A stretch of DNA of 63,901 bases, the filler included, from Octopus bimaculoides (taxonomy: Eukaryota): NCBI RefSeq assembly GCF_001194135.2. It is 5 parts of 5 records of this genome, joined end to end, with 100 filler letters (N's around TTAATTAATTAA, not from the genome) between each part and the next. Parts side by side here need not be neighbours in the genome. Positions count along the whole stretch, not along the records: positions 20,830 to 46,849 come from NC_068981.1; 4 more parts are not named here. One strand, 5' to 3'. Position 1 is the stretch's first letter, and every line of letters begins with the position of its first letter. Of this stretch, positions 21,330-34,875 are shown piece after piece. Under the pieces are notes generated by a model. That model made no database searches. It was not told the DNA's origin and was given only the letters and a program-made list of their open reading frames with translations. The position numbers were made by a program, and so were the translations under genes.

Positions 21330-21730
21330 GGGCAGCGATTTCTTTTTGGTGGTGGTGGGGTGTGAGTCAATTTTGTCGACCCCAGTACTCAACTGGTACT
21401 TATTTTATCGACCCCGAAAGGATGAAAGGCAAAGTCGACCTCGGCGGAATTGAACTCAGAACGTAGCGGCAGACGAAATACTGCTAAGCATTTCGCCCGG
21501 TGTGCTAACGTTTCTTTTCTACTCTAGGCTCAAGGCCCAAAATTTTGGGGGAGGGGCCAGTCGATTAGATCGACCTCCCCAGGACGCAACTGGTACCTAT
21601 TTTATCGACTCGGAAAGGATGAAAGGTGAAGTCGACCTTGGTGGAATTTGAACTCAGAACGTAAAGACAGACGAATTACCGCTAAGCATTTCGCCCGGCG
21701 TTCTAACCTCTCTGCCAGCTCGTCACCTTT
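21330..21730 (-). mobile_element. Two tandem copies of SINE family S1
   Basis: 'ttttatcgaccccgaaaggatgaaaggcaaagtcgacctcggcggaatttgaactcagaacgt...ctaagcatttcgcccgg' twice; on the - strand a tRNA-like head with B box (gagttcaaattcc). Confidence 0.9.
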
Positions 21731-23189
21731 TGACTAAATGTATTAATGCTATCATTACAGAGTGGCAGCACTAAGCAGTGAGGTGTATAAATACAAGCTT
21801 TTTAACCGGTTAAAATATGCTTGGGGCATATTCGAACCCGTAAGAAAGCTCTTCGCCGTGTTTTGTCATGGAGAAAATTTCTTGTTGTAGAGACAAATGA
21901 TGTTAAAACACCTTAAATCAACTCGCAATGCCCAGACTGAAATGCAAGCATTTTAGAGTGCTTGTATCCTCTAAAATGAGATTGTCTCCCTTATGCTATT
22001 CCGTCATCATACAATGACTGGTAGCGCTAATCGGCGGCTCACCGTAAACAATTTACGGGGTGGTAGAGCTAAGCAGTGACGTCTACAAATGCAAGGTTAT
22101 CATCAGTCTAAATGTACTTGGGGTACCTTCTAACCCGTAAGAAAGCCATTCTCTGTCGTTTTGTCATGGAGAAAAAATTTTGTATAAACGGCCAGGGTGA
22201 TGTTCTATTAAAATCCTTTGAAGAATATAAAATTGCGTTAATACTGTAACTTACAACTGTATATTTGTCTAACGCTCTCTAAACTGGTCTATTCCGGCTG
22301 CAGATGGGTTCTCTGCGTGGTTGCAGGATATGCTAGAAATAACAGCATAATCAGTCTCAAATTTGCAAACTGCAGTCTTACAAAAGAAGAGAACGCTGGA
22401 TGATGTGATTCTATAGACAAGGTGCACTGTGCCTGGTTAAAAGTCCCTACTGGGATATTTTGTTTCATAAACCTGCTTGATCAGGTCTAAGAGTTAAAAA
22501 TTACCAGCAACAAAAATAGCGAACAACAATAAAACAAACAATTGCTTAATTTTACAGAATTACATATTTATTACAGTTTCTAACATTCATGGCAAGATCA
22601 GTGAGGCTGGTTGACCGGGGTTGACTAAAGGATGAACATCACCACGACGACGACCACCACCACCACCACCACCGCCAGCAGCAGCAGCAGCAGCAGCTCA
22701 ATAAAGGCTGATCTAGAGTTAAAACAACATTGACAACTGCAACAACAGAAACAACCCAAACGTACATCAACAGATTTAGACATTTATTAGAGTTTGTGAT
22801 ATTCAACAGCAATTAAATAGGAACCTCATTAGTGGGATCTAAAGAGGGGAAGGTTATGTCAGGTTGTTCCCTGCCAGAAGTGATAGACGACTGGAGACCA
22901 AAGAAGGGAGGTAATTACGAATAGGCTGATTCTAATCCTCATTATTTTCTATAAACTAGGGAACAAATGCTTTGCGGCTTTTCCTTCGGCTTTTCGTTCT
23001 GTGTTCAGTCCTGTCGAGGCTATTTTGCCTTTCATTTATTCGGGGGCAATAACTTTAGGTTACATTTATTCTTTGAGGAGTTAAAATTTTCGTCGCACCA
23101 CTGCGTCCTGGTCACTGACAGAGTTCCACGGTTAAAGGCTATCGTGGAATAATTTATTTCGATATTTCTTATTGTGCTAGGTACTTTTA

Positions 23190-23820
23190 AACTGCAGTTA
23201 AAAGAGCTTAATTTTAAAGTAAGCGGCTAAATTTTTAGAACCAGTTGGTTTTATCTAGGTGCCAGTTAAAGAGGTTAGCTGCCTTAATTTAAGAGCTAAT
23301 TCAAAATTAACTGTCTTAATCTAAGTGCTAAGTAAAAAATAGATATCTTAATTTAGACGCTAATTAAATAACTATCTTAAATTTAAATGCTACTTAAAAA
23401 ATAATTTAATTTAAATTCTAATTTAAAAAAATGAAGATTTAATTTAGATATTAAATCAAAAATAAATATCTTATTTTAGGTACTAATTAAAAAGAAAATA
23501 TATGTCTGAATTTAGTGCTAATTGAAAAAAAAATAAACAGCCATAAATGAGGTAATAATTTTTAAAATAAACAACCTTAAATGAAGTAATAATTAAAAAA
23601 AACGATAACTGCTTTAATTTCAGTGGTAATTTTTTCAACGCCTTAGATTTAGGAGCCACTTAAAAAAAAAGTTATTTTTATTAATAATTTGGGTGCAAAT
23701 TTTTTTTAAATAGCTACCTTAATTTTGGTTCTAATTAAAAAAAAAAAAAGATGATTTCATTAATGTTATTAGACACTAATTTAAAAATGAATTGCTGCCT
23801 TAATTTAGGCACTAATGTTT
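23190..23820. repeat. Degenerate AT-rich minisatellite, unit ~30-36 bp
   Basis: Recurrent cttaattta(g/a)..(g/a)ctaatt(a)n..taactgc, roughly 18 copies. Confidence 0.75.
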
Positions 23821-24212
23821 CTTTTGTTAGAAAAGCTGCTTTATTCGAAATGACGTAGCGAAAGAAATGTTGATTCAGTGCCAGAGGCTGAAACGACTGA
23901 AACCTGATGAGTTCTCAATCGACTCCAAAGATACTAGTCTCTTTATTAAGATTACTGTTCTTTCTTTAATGTATCCAAAATGTGGCAGTGGATGAAACTG
24001 TGCTTTGACTACAACGCGGTCCATTATGTGTCTCGTTGATAAAACACCGAGTAGATAGTGTCAGCGTTCATTGGGAATAATTACTGCATAAAAGAGAGAT
24101 ATTTCCTGATAAAGAAAACATGAAGAGTGATTGAGAGGAGTAAAGGAGAAGAAGAAGACTAAGACTTCACGACAATAACAAACACTAAGCGATTGCAAGT
24201 CATACATATGCC

Positions 24213-24280
<68 letters not shown>

Positions 24281-24329
24281 TTGGTTGTAACGATCCAATA
24301 TAATCAAGGCATATGAACGTGTAGGACGC

Positions 24330-24830
24330 CGGAATGGCTAGGCATTATTACATAAAGCCCACAGAGACTGATAAACAACATTGAACACATCAAATGTTAG
24401 GATATTGAAAAATATGCAGGTACCAAATCCAATTTAAATCGTAGATCCGACTTTAGGACTGATCCTTGGTGCGGCGTAGGTAAAAAGGTAAATACATTTG
24501 TGTTTATATTACAACAGATAAATACACTGCAGCACATTTTCTGTTCCTCAACTGGTCCTGTCCTATTTAACATTGTCTCAAAACAGATCAAAGAGGAAAA
24601 TGATCCCATTACCTTTAAGCGGAATCTGGGCAAATTTCTTCAAGGAATACCAGATAAGCCACCTATACCTGGGTACAACTCACTCAACAAGAACTCACTA
24701 CCTGAATGGACCATGATACCACAAAACTTAGCTTAAAAGGGATTTAGATAATCCTATCAGGTGGTGCTATTAAGTTAGACATGGCCTGGACCAATCTTTG
24801 GTCGACAAATATCTAAGTTTATCTATAATA
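24330..24830 (+). mobile_element. CR1/L2-group LINE 3' fragment
   Basis: GPVLFNIVSKQIKEENDPITFKRNLGKFLQGIPDKPPIPGYNSLNKNSLPEW resembles the C-terminus of CR1-group ORF2. Confidence 0.65.
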
Positions 24831-24865
24831 ATAAATGGAAAGTTTGTGTGTTTCTGAATTTCGAC

Positions 24866-24920
<55 letters not shown>

Positions 24921-24926
<6 letters not shown>

Positions 24927-25091
24927 TACGCCACTATATGTATATATAAATAAAAAAAAACGGAATAAGAACGTAACGGATGACAATGAAAACACACACA
25001 TATATATANNNNNNNNNNNNNNNNNNNNNNNNNNNNNNNNNNNNNNNNNNNNNNNNNNNNNNNNNNNNNNNNNNNNNNNNNNNNNNNNNNN

Positions 25092-25166
<75 letters not shown>

Positions 25167-25312
25167 GAGAGAAAGCTGCGAATGTTCCATCCTGGTTTTC
25201 CCGGTCCGTCTCTGCATCGTCCATCTGTCCGTATGTTTTTATTGTCGTCCGTTACGTTCTTATTCCGGTTTTTTTTTTTTAATTTATATATACATATAGC
25301 GGCGTACGTACA
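24921..25312. mobile_element. Putative MITE with ~66-bp terminal inverted repeats
   Basis: 24921-24987 is the near-perfect reverse complement of 25241-25312 (tgtacgtacgcc..tatatgtatatataa..cggaataagaacgtaacgga.gacaat). Confidence 0.6.
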
Positions 25313-25730
25313 CATATCCAAATTAAGGGAATGGAGCAGGTAAAATCCAGGCTGCATATGTTTCCTTGCTAGCATCCATTAACAATTATTTTTAATACTT
25401 TTCTCACTGTATTGCGTGTTCTTTTCCTTTTTAGCATCTGTTATCTTATTTATGATCTTCTATATAAAATGAAAACATATCCTTTGTTTTGCTGCTTTTC
25501 TTTACTCGAAATGAGAAGATACTTTGCGGAACTGATATTTTAACAAGTTATATCTATTTATCACCTTAGACACATCTGCACCGTCGGATGCTCTTAAACC
25601 AGTTGTTAAATATCCTACCCGTGAGGGATCGATGCTAGATGTGTTCAAACAATTGTGATTAATAAAAATTCTCGTATCTTCCACCTTTCATTTACCATGT
25701 ATCTATCTATCTATCTATCTATCTATCTGT

Positions 25731-26115
25731 AGAGGCGCAATGGCCCAGTGGTTAGGGCAGCGGACTCGCGGTCATAGGATAGCGGTTTCGATTCCCAGAC
25801 CGGGCGTTGTAAGTGTTTATTGAGCAGAAACACCTAAAGCTCCACGAGGCTGCGGCAGGGGATGGTGGCGAACCCTGCTGTACTCTTCCACCACAACTTT
25901 CTCTCACTCTTACTTCCTGTTTCTGTTGTGCCTGTAATTCAAAGGGTCAGCCTTGTTACACTGTGTCACGCTGAATATCTCCGAGAACTACGTTAAGGGT
26001 ACACGTGTCTGTGGAGTGCTCAGCCACTTGCACGTTAATTTCACGAGCAGGCTGTTCCGTTGATCGGATCAAATGGAACCCTCGACGTCGTAAGCGACGG
26101 AGTGCCAACAACAAC
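25731..26115 (+). mobile_element. tRNA-derived SINE family S3, full length
   Basis: A/B-box head (tggcccagtggttagg...ggtttcgattccc), unique body, (AAC)n tail; other copies at 33577-33912 and 43995-44270, decayed at 51445-51670. Confidence 0.9.
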
Positions 26116-26119
26116 ATCT

Positions 26120-26502
26120 ATGTTCTTTTACTCTTTTACTTGTTTCAGTCATTTGACTACGGCCATGCTGGAGCATGGCCGTAGTCAACCTCTTCTTTGT
26201 AAGCCTCGTACTTATTCTATCGGCCTCTTTTACCGAACCGTTAGGTTACGAGGATGTAAACACACCAACATCGATTGTCAAGCGATGGTGGGGGGATAAA
26301 CACAGACACACAGATACATACATACATATATATATATATGCATATGTATATGTATGTATATATATATATATATATATACGACTGGCTTTTTTTCGTTTCC
26401 GCCTACCAAATCCACTCACAAGGCATTAGCCGGCCCGAGACTTTAGCGGAAGAGACTTGTCCAAGGTGCCACGCAGTGGGACTGAACCCAGAACCATGTG
26501 GT
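26120..26502 (-). mobile_element. SINE family S2
   Basis: Reverse complement of the S2 consensus, with an internal (TA/TG)n block. Confidence 0.85.
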
Positions 26503-27103
26503 NNNNNNNNNNNNNNNNNNNNNNNNNNNNNNNNNNNNNNNNNNNNNNNNNNNNNNNNNNNNNNNNNNNNNNNNNNNNNNNNNNNNNNNNNNNNNNNNNN
26601 NNTATATATATGTATATATATATATATATGTATTTAATATTTGTTTTTTGTTATATTTTGCTAAAACGATTCCCTCGATGAACACATACTATGGAATGAT
26701 GTATATGCTGTATTGCATTGAGTACGTTTTGATGTGTTCCAGGCTCTATAAGCATTTACATCGTTATATGCACGTCTGATACTAAACATGGTGGTTTTGA
26801 TAACAGCGGTGTAACTATTCCTAGTAACTGTTTCATTTGAAAACAATATGGAGTTACTCTCAAATTGAGTAACTGTCCAAAACACTTTATTGTTTTTCCA
26901 TGATATGTTTCCTTCATTATATAACTGTCCCAGTGATATCCCCAATCCTGCTATTTCAACTGCGTTACCCCAAGAGACCAGTCCTCAAATTACTCCCTTT
27001 TCTCAATTTTCATTAATGGTTTCTATTATTTCTTAGAGGGAACACCATTAATATGTTGCTTTTTTACAGCTTGATCCCATCGACAAATAAATAAATAAAT
27101 AAC

Positions 27104-27140
<37 letters not shown>

Positions 27141-27522
27141 TTTTTTAATGCTTTCTAATTGATGTATCAATACCAGCAGATGACAACGTTTCCCTAAAAG
27201 AAATGGAGAAACTTTCAAAATACAAAGAGCTGGATGGAAATAGAAGTAACTCGAATGTGGAATCTAAAAACAGAAACAATTCCTATCATAGTAGGCGCCT
27301 TAGGTATGATAAATAAATATCCAGACAGATACATAAAAACACCAAGACTTACAAATATATATAACCTAGAGAAAATTGCACTACTGGGCACTGCACACAT
27401 CCTACGCAAAACACTTTCAATACAGTAACCATAAGAGCATCACAGCAAACCACAGCACATACCCAAGGCACACAGAGCTGCGCTCGGTAGTGAAGTGAAA
27501 GCACGTTATAAAAATAAAACTA

Positions 27523-27526
<4 letters not shown>
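27141..27526 (+). mobile_element. R4/Dong-like LINE 3' fragment (restriction-like endonuclease end) between (AAT)n runs
   Basis: IDVSIPADDNVSLKEMEKLSKYK..EIEVTRMWNLKTETIPIIVGALG...TAHILRKTL; flanked by (AAT)n at 27104-27140 and 27526-27580. Confidence 0.85.
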
Positions 27527-27583
<57 letters not shown>

Positions 27584-27923
27584 TTTTATCACCGTGTAAA
27601 GAACTCATTCCCTACGCAGCTTTCGTAAACTTTCGGTTATTCTTTTGGTAGCATCTCTCTCTTTTTTATAGTGTTCGTTTCCTGTGAATATTGTAAGAGG
27701 GTGTCAGGATAATCTTCATGGATATACAAATGTGTACTGTGCCTAAACCAATTATTTGCGTGCGTGCCTACGTGTGTATTGGAGCGTGTGTGTTTGTGCA
27801 TGTATGTGTCCGCGTGTGTGTTGTGTGTGTGGTACATGTATTATATGCATATTATTTTTGTGAATTTGTCTGTAAAATTATTTTGTTTATTATAACATGA
27901 AAACAAACATTAATACTTATCTA

Positions 27924-27994
<71 letters not shown>

Positions 27995-28181
27995 CTATCT
28001 ATCTATCTATCTATCTACCTACCTACCTACCTATCTACCTACCTGTGTGTGTGTGTGTGTGTACTTCATTATTATTAAGACTGCAAAAACATCATAAAAA
28101 TATCACAAAAAACTGCTACTCAGTTTCACGTTCCCCTTCGTTGGACAGCTTAGATTGTTTCACATTTTTCTGCTTAATTTG

Positions 28182-28217
<36 letters not shown>

Positions 28218-28268
28218 NNNNNNNNNNNNNNNNNNNNNNNNNNNNNNNNNNNNNNNNNNNNNNNNNNN

Positions 28269-28375
<107 letters not shown>

Positions 28376-29294
28376 TGCATGCATACAGACGTATGTTTCG
28401 GAATAAGTACTGTATACACGTGTGCTTGGCAGTGAGATTGAATTTTATATAATGGTAATTATTTAGTTTATGTTATTGTATAATGGCTATATTGTCTAAT
28501 GCGTCCTCAATTCTTTATACGATGCCACGGTGCGTGATTTGATGAGAGTTTTGTGTTTAATTACAATAACGACGACGACGACGATGATGATGATGATGAT
28601 GATAATAATGTTGTTGTTATTGTTGTTGTTGTTGATGATGATGATGAGGAGGAGGAGGAGGATGATGATGATGAGGATGATGATGAGGATAACTCTCATG
28701 TTGGCCAGAGGCCAGTTATGACAGGAAAAGTATAATGAATTAAAGGAACTATAACGATCTTGTTATTTGATTGGGTCTGGTTTTATTGATATTTTATCGA
28801 TATTATATGCCTACATCATATTTATCGGCAAATACGTGGCTGTGTGGTAAGAAGTTTACGTCTGCAGCAGATGGCTATTGGTCCAGTCCCTCTGTATGAC
28901 ATCATACAAATACGAATGAATAAATAACAGAAAGGGTCTTTCGACTATCGGAGGAACTTAACGTTAGCGTAACAGAAAAAGACATACATATACAATGGAC
29001 AAACGCCTTTCGGCTATACAACAAAAGGAAAACGATTGCAACGTAAGTAAATACCAGAAAAGGTCTTTCGACTATCAGACAAACGTAGTAAGTTAGCACA
29101 AGGGGTAAAAAATGAAAAATCGTAACAAACTAAGTGGGAGGGCAGACGAAAGTGACCTGCTCGAACAGCGGTTGGTCGAAAAAGGACGACAATGTCTTAA
29201 CCGGACAGCGATCACGTGGTAGGAGAGGGAAAGAATAGAAGAGGGAAGAGCGACTAAGGAATAGGAGGGAGGGGAAAGAAATCCTAAACAAATG

Positions 29295-29700
29295 GGCGTA
29301 GGCGTGGCTGTGTGGTAAGAAGTTTGTTTCCCAACCACATGGTTCTAGGTTCAGTCCGGCTGCGTGGTACGTTGGGCAAGTGTCTTATACTATAGCCTAT
29401 GGCCCACCGAAGCCTTGTGAGTGGGTTTGGTAGATGGAAACCGAAAGAAGCCAGTCATAGATATATGTATCTGTGTGTCTTTATGGGTATGATTGCCCCC
29501 ACCAACACCACCTGGCAACCGGTGTTGATGTATTTGCGTCCCTGTAAGTTAGCGGTTCGGCAAAAGCACTTGATGGAATAAACACCAGGCTTTAAAAAAA
29601 GAAGTACTGGGGGTTGATTCGTTCGACTAAAAAATCCAGGTGGTGCCCCAGCATGGCCACAATCTAATGACTGGAACAAGTAAATGATAAAAGATAAAAT
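29295..29700 (+). mobile_element. SINE family S2, full length
   Basis: ggcgtaggcgtggctgtgtggtaag...ggttcagtcc head through the gactggaacaagtaa tail. Confidence 0.85.
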
Positions 29701-30139
29701 ACATATACCATACCCACACAAAGATATACACCTCCCCCCACACATATATGCAAAGATGGAGAAAGAGAGAGAGAGAGTGTTTGTGTGTGTGTGTGAAAGA
29801 GAGGCTCAAAGGAAGTTTGAGGAAAAAAGAGGTAGATAAAGGAAAAAGAAGAACTGACCTGAATGTCTTCGGCCTTGCTTTGCAAGACTCTTCATCCGAT
29901 GCCTTCCTGGGTGTCGTACCTTTTACCAAAATCTCGTGGTTAAGCGTTTCAGTAACTTCACGGTACTTCTCTTTTTTTTTTTATCAGTTTTGCAACGTAA
30001 TATGTCTTGCAGACTCAGACCAACACCAGCCTCTTCGTAGTTTGCGTGGTTTTACACACACACACACACACACATACATACGCATACATACATACAAATA
30101 CTTACATGTATACGTACACACACATAACATGTATGTATG

Positions 30140-30655
30140 AGAGAGCAGTGCATGCCATCAAAGTGACACTGGGGTAAAATATACGAAGCCCAGTATACCC
30201 ATCATGACTACTCGTCTGATAAGGGTACACCAGGTACATGCATCCCAACCATATGTGTGCGACATGGTGATCTCATATCAAGATAAACAGCGCATGACCT
30301 CGCAGGTGGGGCCCAGTTAGAATTTTCACCAGGTCGAGTAGCCCATTCCGCTCAAAAGGTCTCTGAATAAGGTTTGTTTAAGGATGTTGAATGAAACATC
30401 CATGTTTCCAAAGGTGAATTATCCAAACCCTAAAGAATCCCTCTCAACACATGGCTATGATGCTTCCCCACTACTTCTGCTCGTGGTCAGAGATGCACAT
30501 ATTGTCAGACACTAAGGGTCATGCTCAATTGGTTAAGGTCAATCTGTGATGTTGAGCAGAATATTTGCTGTAGCGCATCTTTTACACCAAGACAAAACAA
30601 TGTACATGATAACACTTCCAATCATTTAAGATCAAAAGCCATAAGAGCTACTGCC
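30140..30655. mobile_element. Interspersed repeat family S4 (unclassified)
   Basis: Inverted partial copy at ~41570-41755 (gatatgagatcacc...cagtgtcactttgatagcatgcactgctctctc). Confidence 0.7.
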
Positions 30656-32089
30656 TGGAATGTATGTATGTATGTACGTATGTATGTATGTATGTATGTA
30701 TGTATGCATGAATGTATGTATAGGAAAGCACTGAAACAAATTTGGAAATTCGTAATTTCTTTGTTTACGCAAACAAAAATTACATATGTATNNNNNNNNN
30801 NNNNNNNNNNNNNNNNNNNNNNNNNNNNNNNNNNNNNNNNNNNNNNNNNNNNNNNNNNNNNNNNNNNNNNNNNNNNNNNNNNNNNNNNNNNNNNNNNNNN
30901 NNNNNNNNNNNNNNNNNNNNNNNNNNNNNNNNNNNNNNNNNNNNNNNNNNNNNNNNNNNNNNNNNNNNNNNNNNNNNNNNNNNNNNNNNNNNNNNNNNNN
31001 NNNNNNNNNNNNNNNNNNNNNNNNNNNNNNNNNNNNNNNNNNNNNNNNNNNNNNNNNNNNNNNNNNNNNNNNNNNNNNNNNNNNNNNNNNNNNNNNNNNN
31101 NNNNNNNNNNNNNNNNNNNNNNNNNNNNNNNNNNNNNNNNNNNNNNNNNNNNNNNNNNNNNNNNNNNNNNNNNNNNNNNNNNNNNNNNNNNNNNNNNNNN
31201 NNNNNNNNNNNNNNNNNNNNNNNNNNNNNNNNNNNNNNNNNNNNNNNNNNNNNNNNNNNNNNNNNNNNNNNNNNNNNNNNNNNNNNNNNNNNNNNNNNNN
31301 NNNNNNNNNNNNNNNNNNNNNNNNNNNNNNNNNNNNNNNNNNNNNNNNNNNNNNNNNNNNNNNNNNNNNNNNNNNNNNNNNNNNNNNNNNNNNNNNNNNN
31401 NNNNNNNNNNNNNNNNNNNNNNNNNNNNNNNNNNNNNNNNNNNNNNNNNNNNNNNNNNNNNNNNNNNNNNNNNNNNNNNNNNNNNNNNNNNNNNNNNNNN
31501 NNNNNNNNNNNNNNNNNNNNNNNNNNNNNNNNNNNNNNNNNNNNNNNNNNNNNNNNNNNNNNNNNNNNNNNNNNNNNNNNNNNNNNNNNNNNNNNNNNNN
31601 NNNNNNNNNNNNNNNNNNNNNNNNNNNNNNNNNNGTCTCTTGATAAATCTTTCTTTAGTCTCAGTAAAAATGTAAAAATGTACATGTGTAATTATGTGTA
31701 CAAAAAAAACTTTTTAAATGAATTAATGTTTAGTTTTGCTTTGGCATTTTTGGATATAGTAGGATCGTAACTCTTAAAGGACAAGAATAAGTTATTTTCC
31801 TTTCTCTGTACATTACAATCAACTGTAATAAACAAAATACAAAATACATTTCGATACAGAAAGGTGAAGAGGCGAGCGAGAAGTGGGTAAGAGGAAGGAA
31901 AGAAGACGAGAAGATAAAGGTTAATGTGAAAGATGTAAGTTGTGCGAGTTATAAGGTCATTCACACGTGTACACACATACATGCTTACGTACACACATGC
32001 GTACATACATAAACACATACATACATACACACATACATATATACATATATGTGTGCATGCTTTAAATTCATGTATGATTCTTTTACTCT

Positions 32090-32480
32090 TTTACTTTTAC
32101 TTGTTTCAGTCATTTGACTGTGGCCATGCTGGAGCACCACCTTTAGTCGAGCAAATCGACCCCAGTACTTACTCTAGTACTTACTCTAGTACTTACTCTA
32201 TCGGTCTCTTAGGCCGAACCGCTAAGTTACGGGGACGTAAACACATCAGCATCGGTTGTCAAACAATGTGCGTGGACAAACATACACACACACACGCATA
32301 CACATATATACATATACACGACGGGCTTCTTTCAGTTTCCGTCTACTAAATCCACTCACAAGGCTTTGGTCTGCCCGAGGCTATAGTAGAAGACACTTGC
32401 CCAAGGTGCCACGCAGTGGGACTGAACCCGGAACCATGTGGTTGGTAAGCAAACTACTTACCACAGAGCCACTCCTACGC
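32090..32480 (-). mobile_element. SINE family S2 with an internal 12-bp triplication
   Basis: Full-length - strand copy; agtacttactct x3 at 32164-32199. Confidence 0.85.
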
Positions 32481-33576
32481 CTACTGATTAGTAAAGATGT
32501 CTGCAGATTGTATTATACTGTGTACAGGTAAGAGATTATTTGTAGTTGTAGATGATCAGTAGTAGTAGTATGACCCAGTTATGTAATAGGTGTTTCTCGC
32601 AGTGTCTACATTTTCAGAAATTTTCGGACTTTGTGTTCAAATAGAGTTCAGTGCTGCGCTGGGTTTTAAGGACGTTGTTTTTCTCAGCTGTGTAATGATC
32701 ACAATTATTTTCATTTATTCTGTAAAGATATGATCTTTCAAAATCTTCTGTTTGGTTTACAAACGGAAACATTTTCATCTCCTTACCATAGGTAGTTGAA
32801 TATTTTATATTTCTTTTTCGATGTGTCTGGAATTGGAAATATGGTTGTAACATCACTTTATGAACTTTCCTTTGGTCATTCTTATGTAGCTTTTATCTAC
32901 CACGTCCAGGTTTAGTTTAGTAGATTAACTTTAGCTTTGAATATAATGGTTGATATAAATTGAAAGATAGCTATCAACAAACACCAACGAAAACGCTAGG
33001 TGTTCAATGGACCGTTACTTAGTTGAATGTCCATTCTTCTGTCTTATAACCTACGATACCGACTTAAAACTATTTTCTGTAACAAAACTGAAAATTTCCA
33101 CATTCTTCATCGATTAATCGCAATTTCTAATATCTGCTGTAATAAATTCCTGGCAGATTCAACATCGCTATTGTTATATCATTCATCAACAATTAATGTC
33201 TTGTCGCTAAATGACCTGAGAATGGAATGAAGATATGTGTAATTTGTGAAGTTTGTTTCGTGGTGGAACGGCATCAATCATTCGGTAGTAAAGGCCTTGT
33301 CTTGATTAAACGAAGATCTGTTAAGTCTTCATAATAATCGGTCTGACTACGAAGCCTAACTGAACAGACAGAATAACAACAGAAAACAAAACAAGAACAA
33401 ACATGGTTAATTTTATAATTTTATTCTGAATTGTTGTCAAAACTGAAATGGTATTATGACAACGTTGTTATGGTTGAAGCTGTTGTAACTGCTGTTACTT
33501 TGTTGTTATTCTTGTTGTGGTTGTAGCAGAAGTTGTTAGTGGTAGTGGCGTCCTTGTTATAGTAGTAATAGCTGCG

Positions 33577-33912
33577 TGGAGGCGCAATGGCCCAGTGGTT
33601 AGGGCAGCGGACACGCGGTCGTAGGATCGCGGTTTCGATTCCCAGTCCGGCAGGGGATGATGGCGAATCCTACTGTACTCTTTCACCACAACTTTCTCTC
33701 ACTCTTTCTTCCTGTTTCTCTTGTACGTGTATTTCAAAAGGCCTGCCTTGTAACACTCTGTGTCACGCGGGATCTCCTCGAGAACTACGTTAAGGGTACA
33801 CGTGTTTGAGGAGTGCTCAGCCACTTGCACGTTAATTTCACGAGCAAGCTGTTCCGTTGATCGTATCAGCTGGAAGCCTCGTCGTCGTAACCGACGGAGT
33901 GCCAACAACAAC
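33577..33912 (+). mobile_element. SINE family S3 (internal deletion)
   Basis: Matches 25731-26115. Confidence 0.88.
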
Positions 33913-34589
33913 AGCAACAGTAATAGTTGCTGTTGTTGGTGGTGGCGGCGGTTGTGGTGTTGCTGCTGTAGTTATTGTTTTTGTGGTTGTTGATTTCGTG
34001 TTCGTTGTTGCGGTGGTTTTTAACCCATATCAACTCTGACCGAGCCGATCAATAATCAAAGTAGCAACAGCCGTGACCATCCCATCATTTTGTATTATGA
34101 GAGTGTGATTGGTTGTTTGTTGTTGTTGTTACCTTTTAGACCCCGGTCAGTTCTGAGTAATCAGACCTATGACCAAAAACGGCCATTACGTGCATTCTTA
34201 AAGCATTGTTTATCTAGGAATAGCGTCTTCTCCCAGTCCTTTTAATTTTGTCTTCCGCCCCGCATACAACCTCTTTTACCAGAACTACAAAACAGGAAAA
34301 CTAGGGTCAGCTGATAGCCGAATCTGTCCGACACTTAGTAATACGTGTTTGATAGATTCAATTTGGATCACCCAACGTGTTTCTTTTTCCATGGTCACTT
34401 TCTAACATTCGGGTAATTCTGTCAGAACTTGTGAAACTGTCTGAATAGATTTTTGACGCTTTTACACCCTCATCACCTGTGTGAAACTCCCACGCATTCC
34501 CAGAGTGAGTTGAAGATGGTATTTCAGGAGCCCACGAACACTAACGAATTATATTTGTGACTCTGAAAAAGTAACATTGGTTTCGCATT

Positions 34590-34790
34590 TTAGTTCAAAG
34601 CTAGCAATTTCGAGGGAGGTGGTAAGCCGATTATATCGACCCCAGTGCTCAACTGGTACTTATTTTATCCACCCCGAAAGGATGAAAGAAAAAGTCGACT
34701 TCGGCGGGATTTGAACTCAGAACAAGGACAGACGAAATACCGCTAAGCATTTTGCCAGGTGTGCTAGCCATTCTGCTAGATCGTCGCCTT
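34590..34790 (-). mobile_element. SINE family S1
   Basis: S1 core and tRNA-like head. Confidence 0.85.
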
Positions 34791-34818
34791 ATTAAGGAGT
34801 AATATTGGTAGTAGTAGC

Positions 34819-34875
<57 letters not shown>

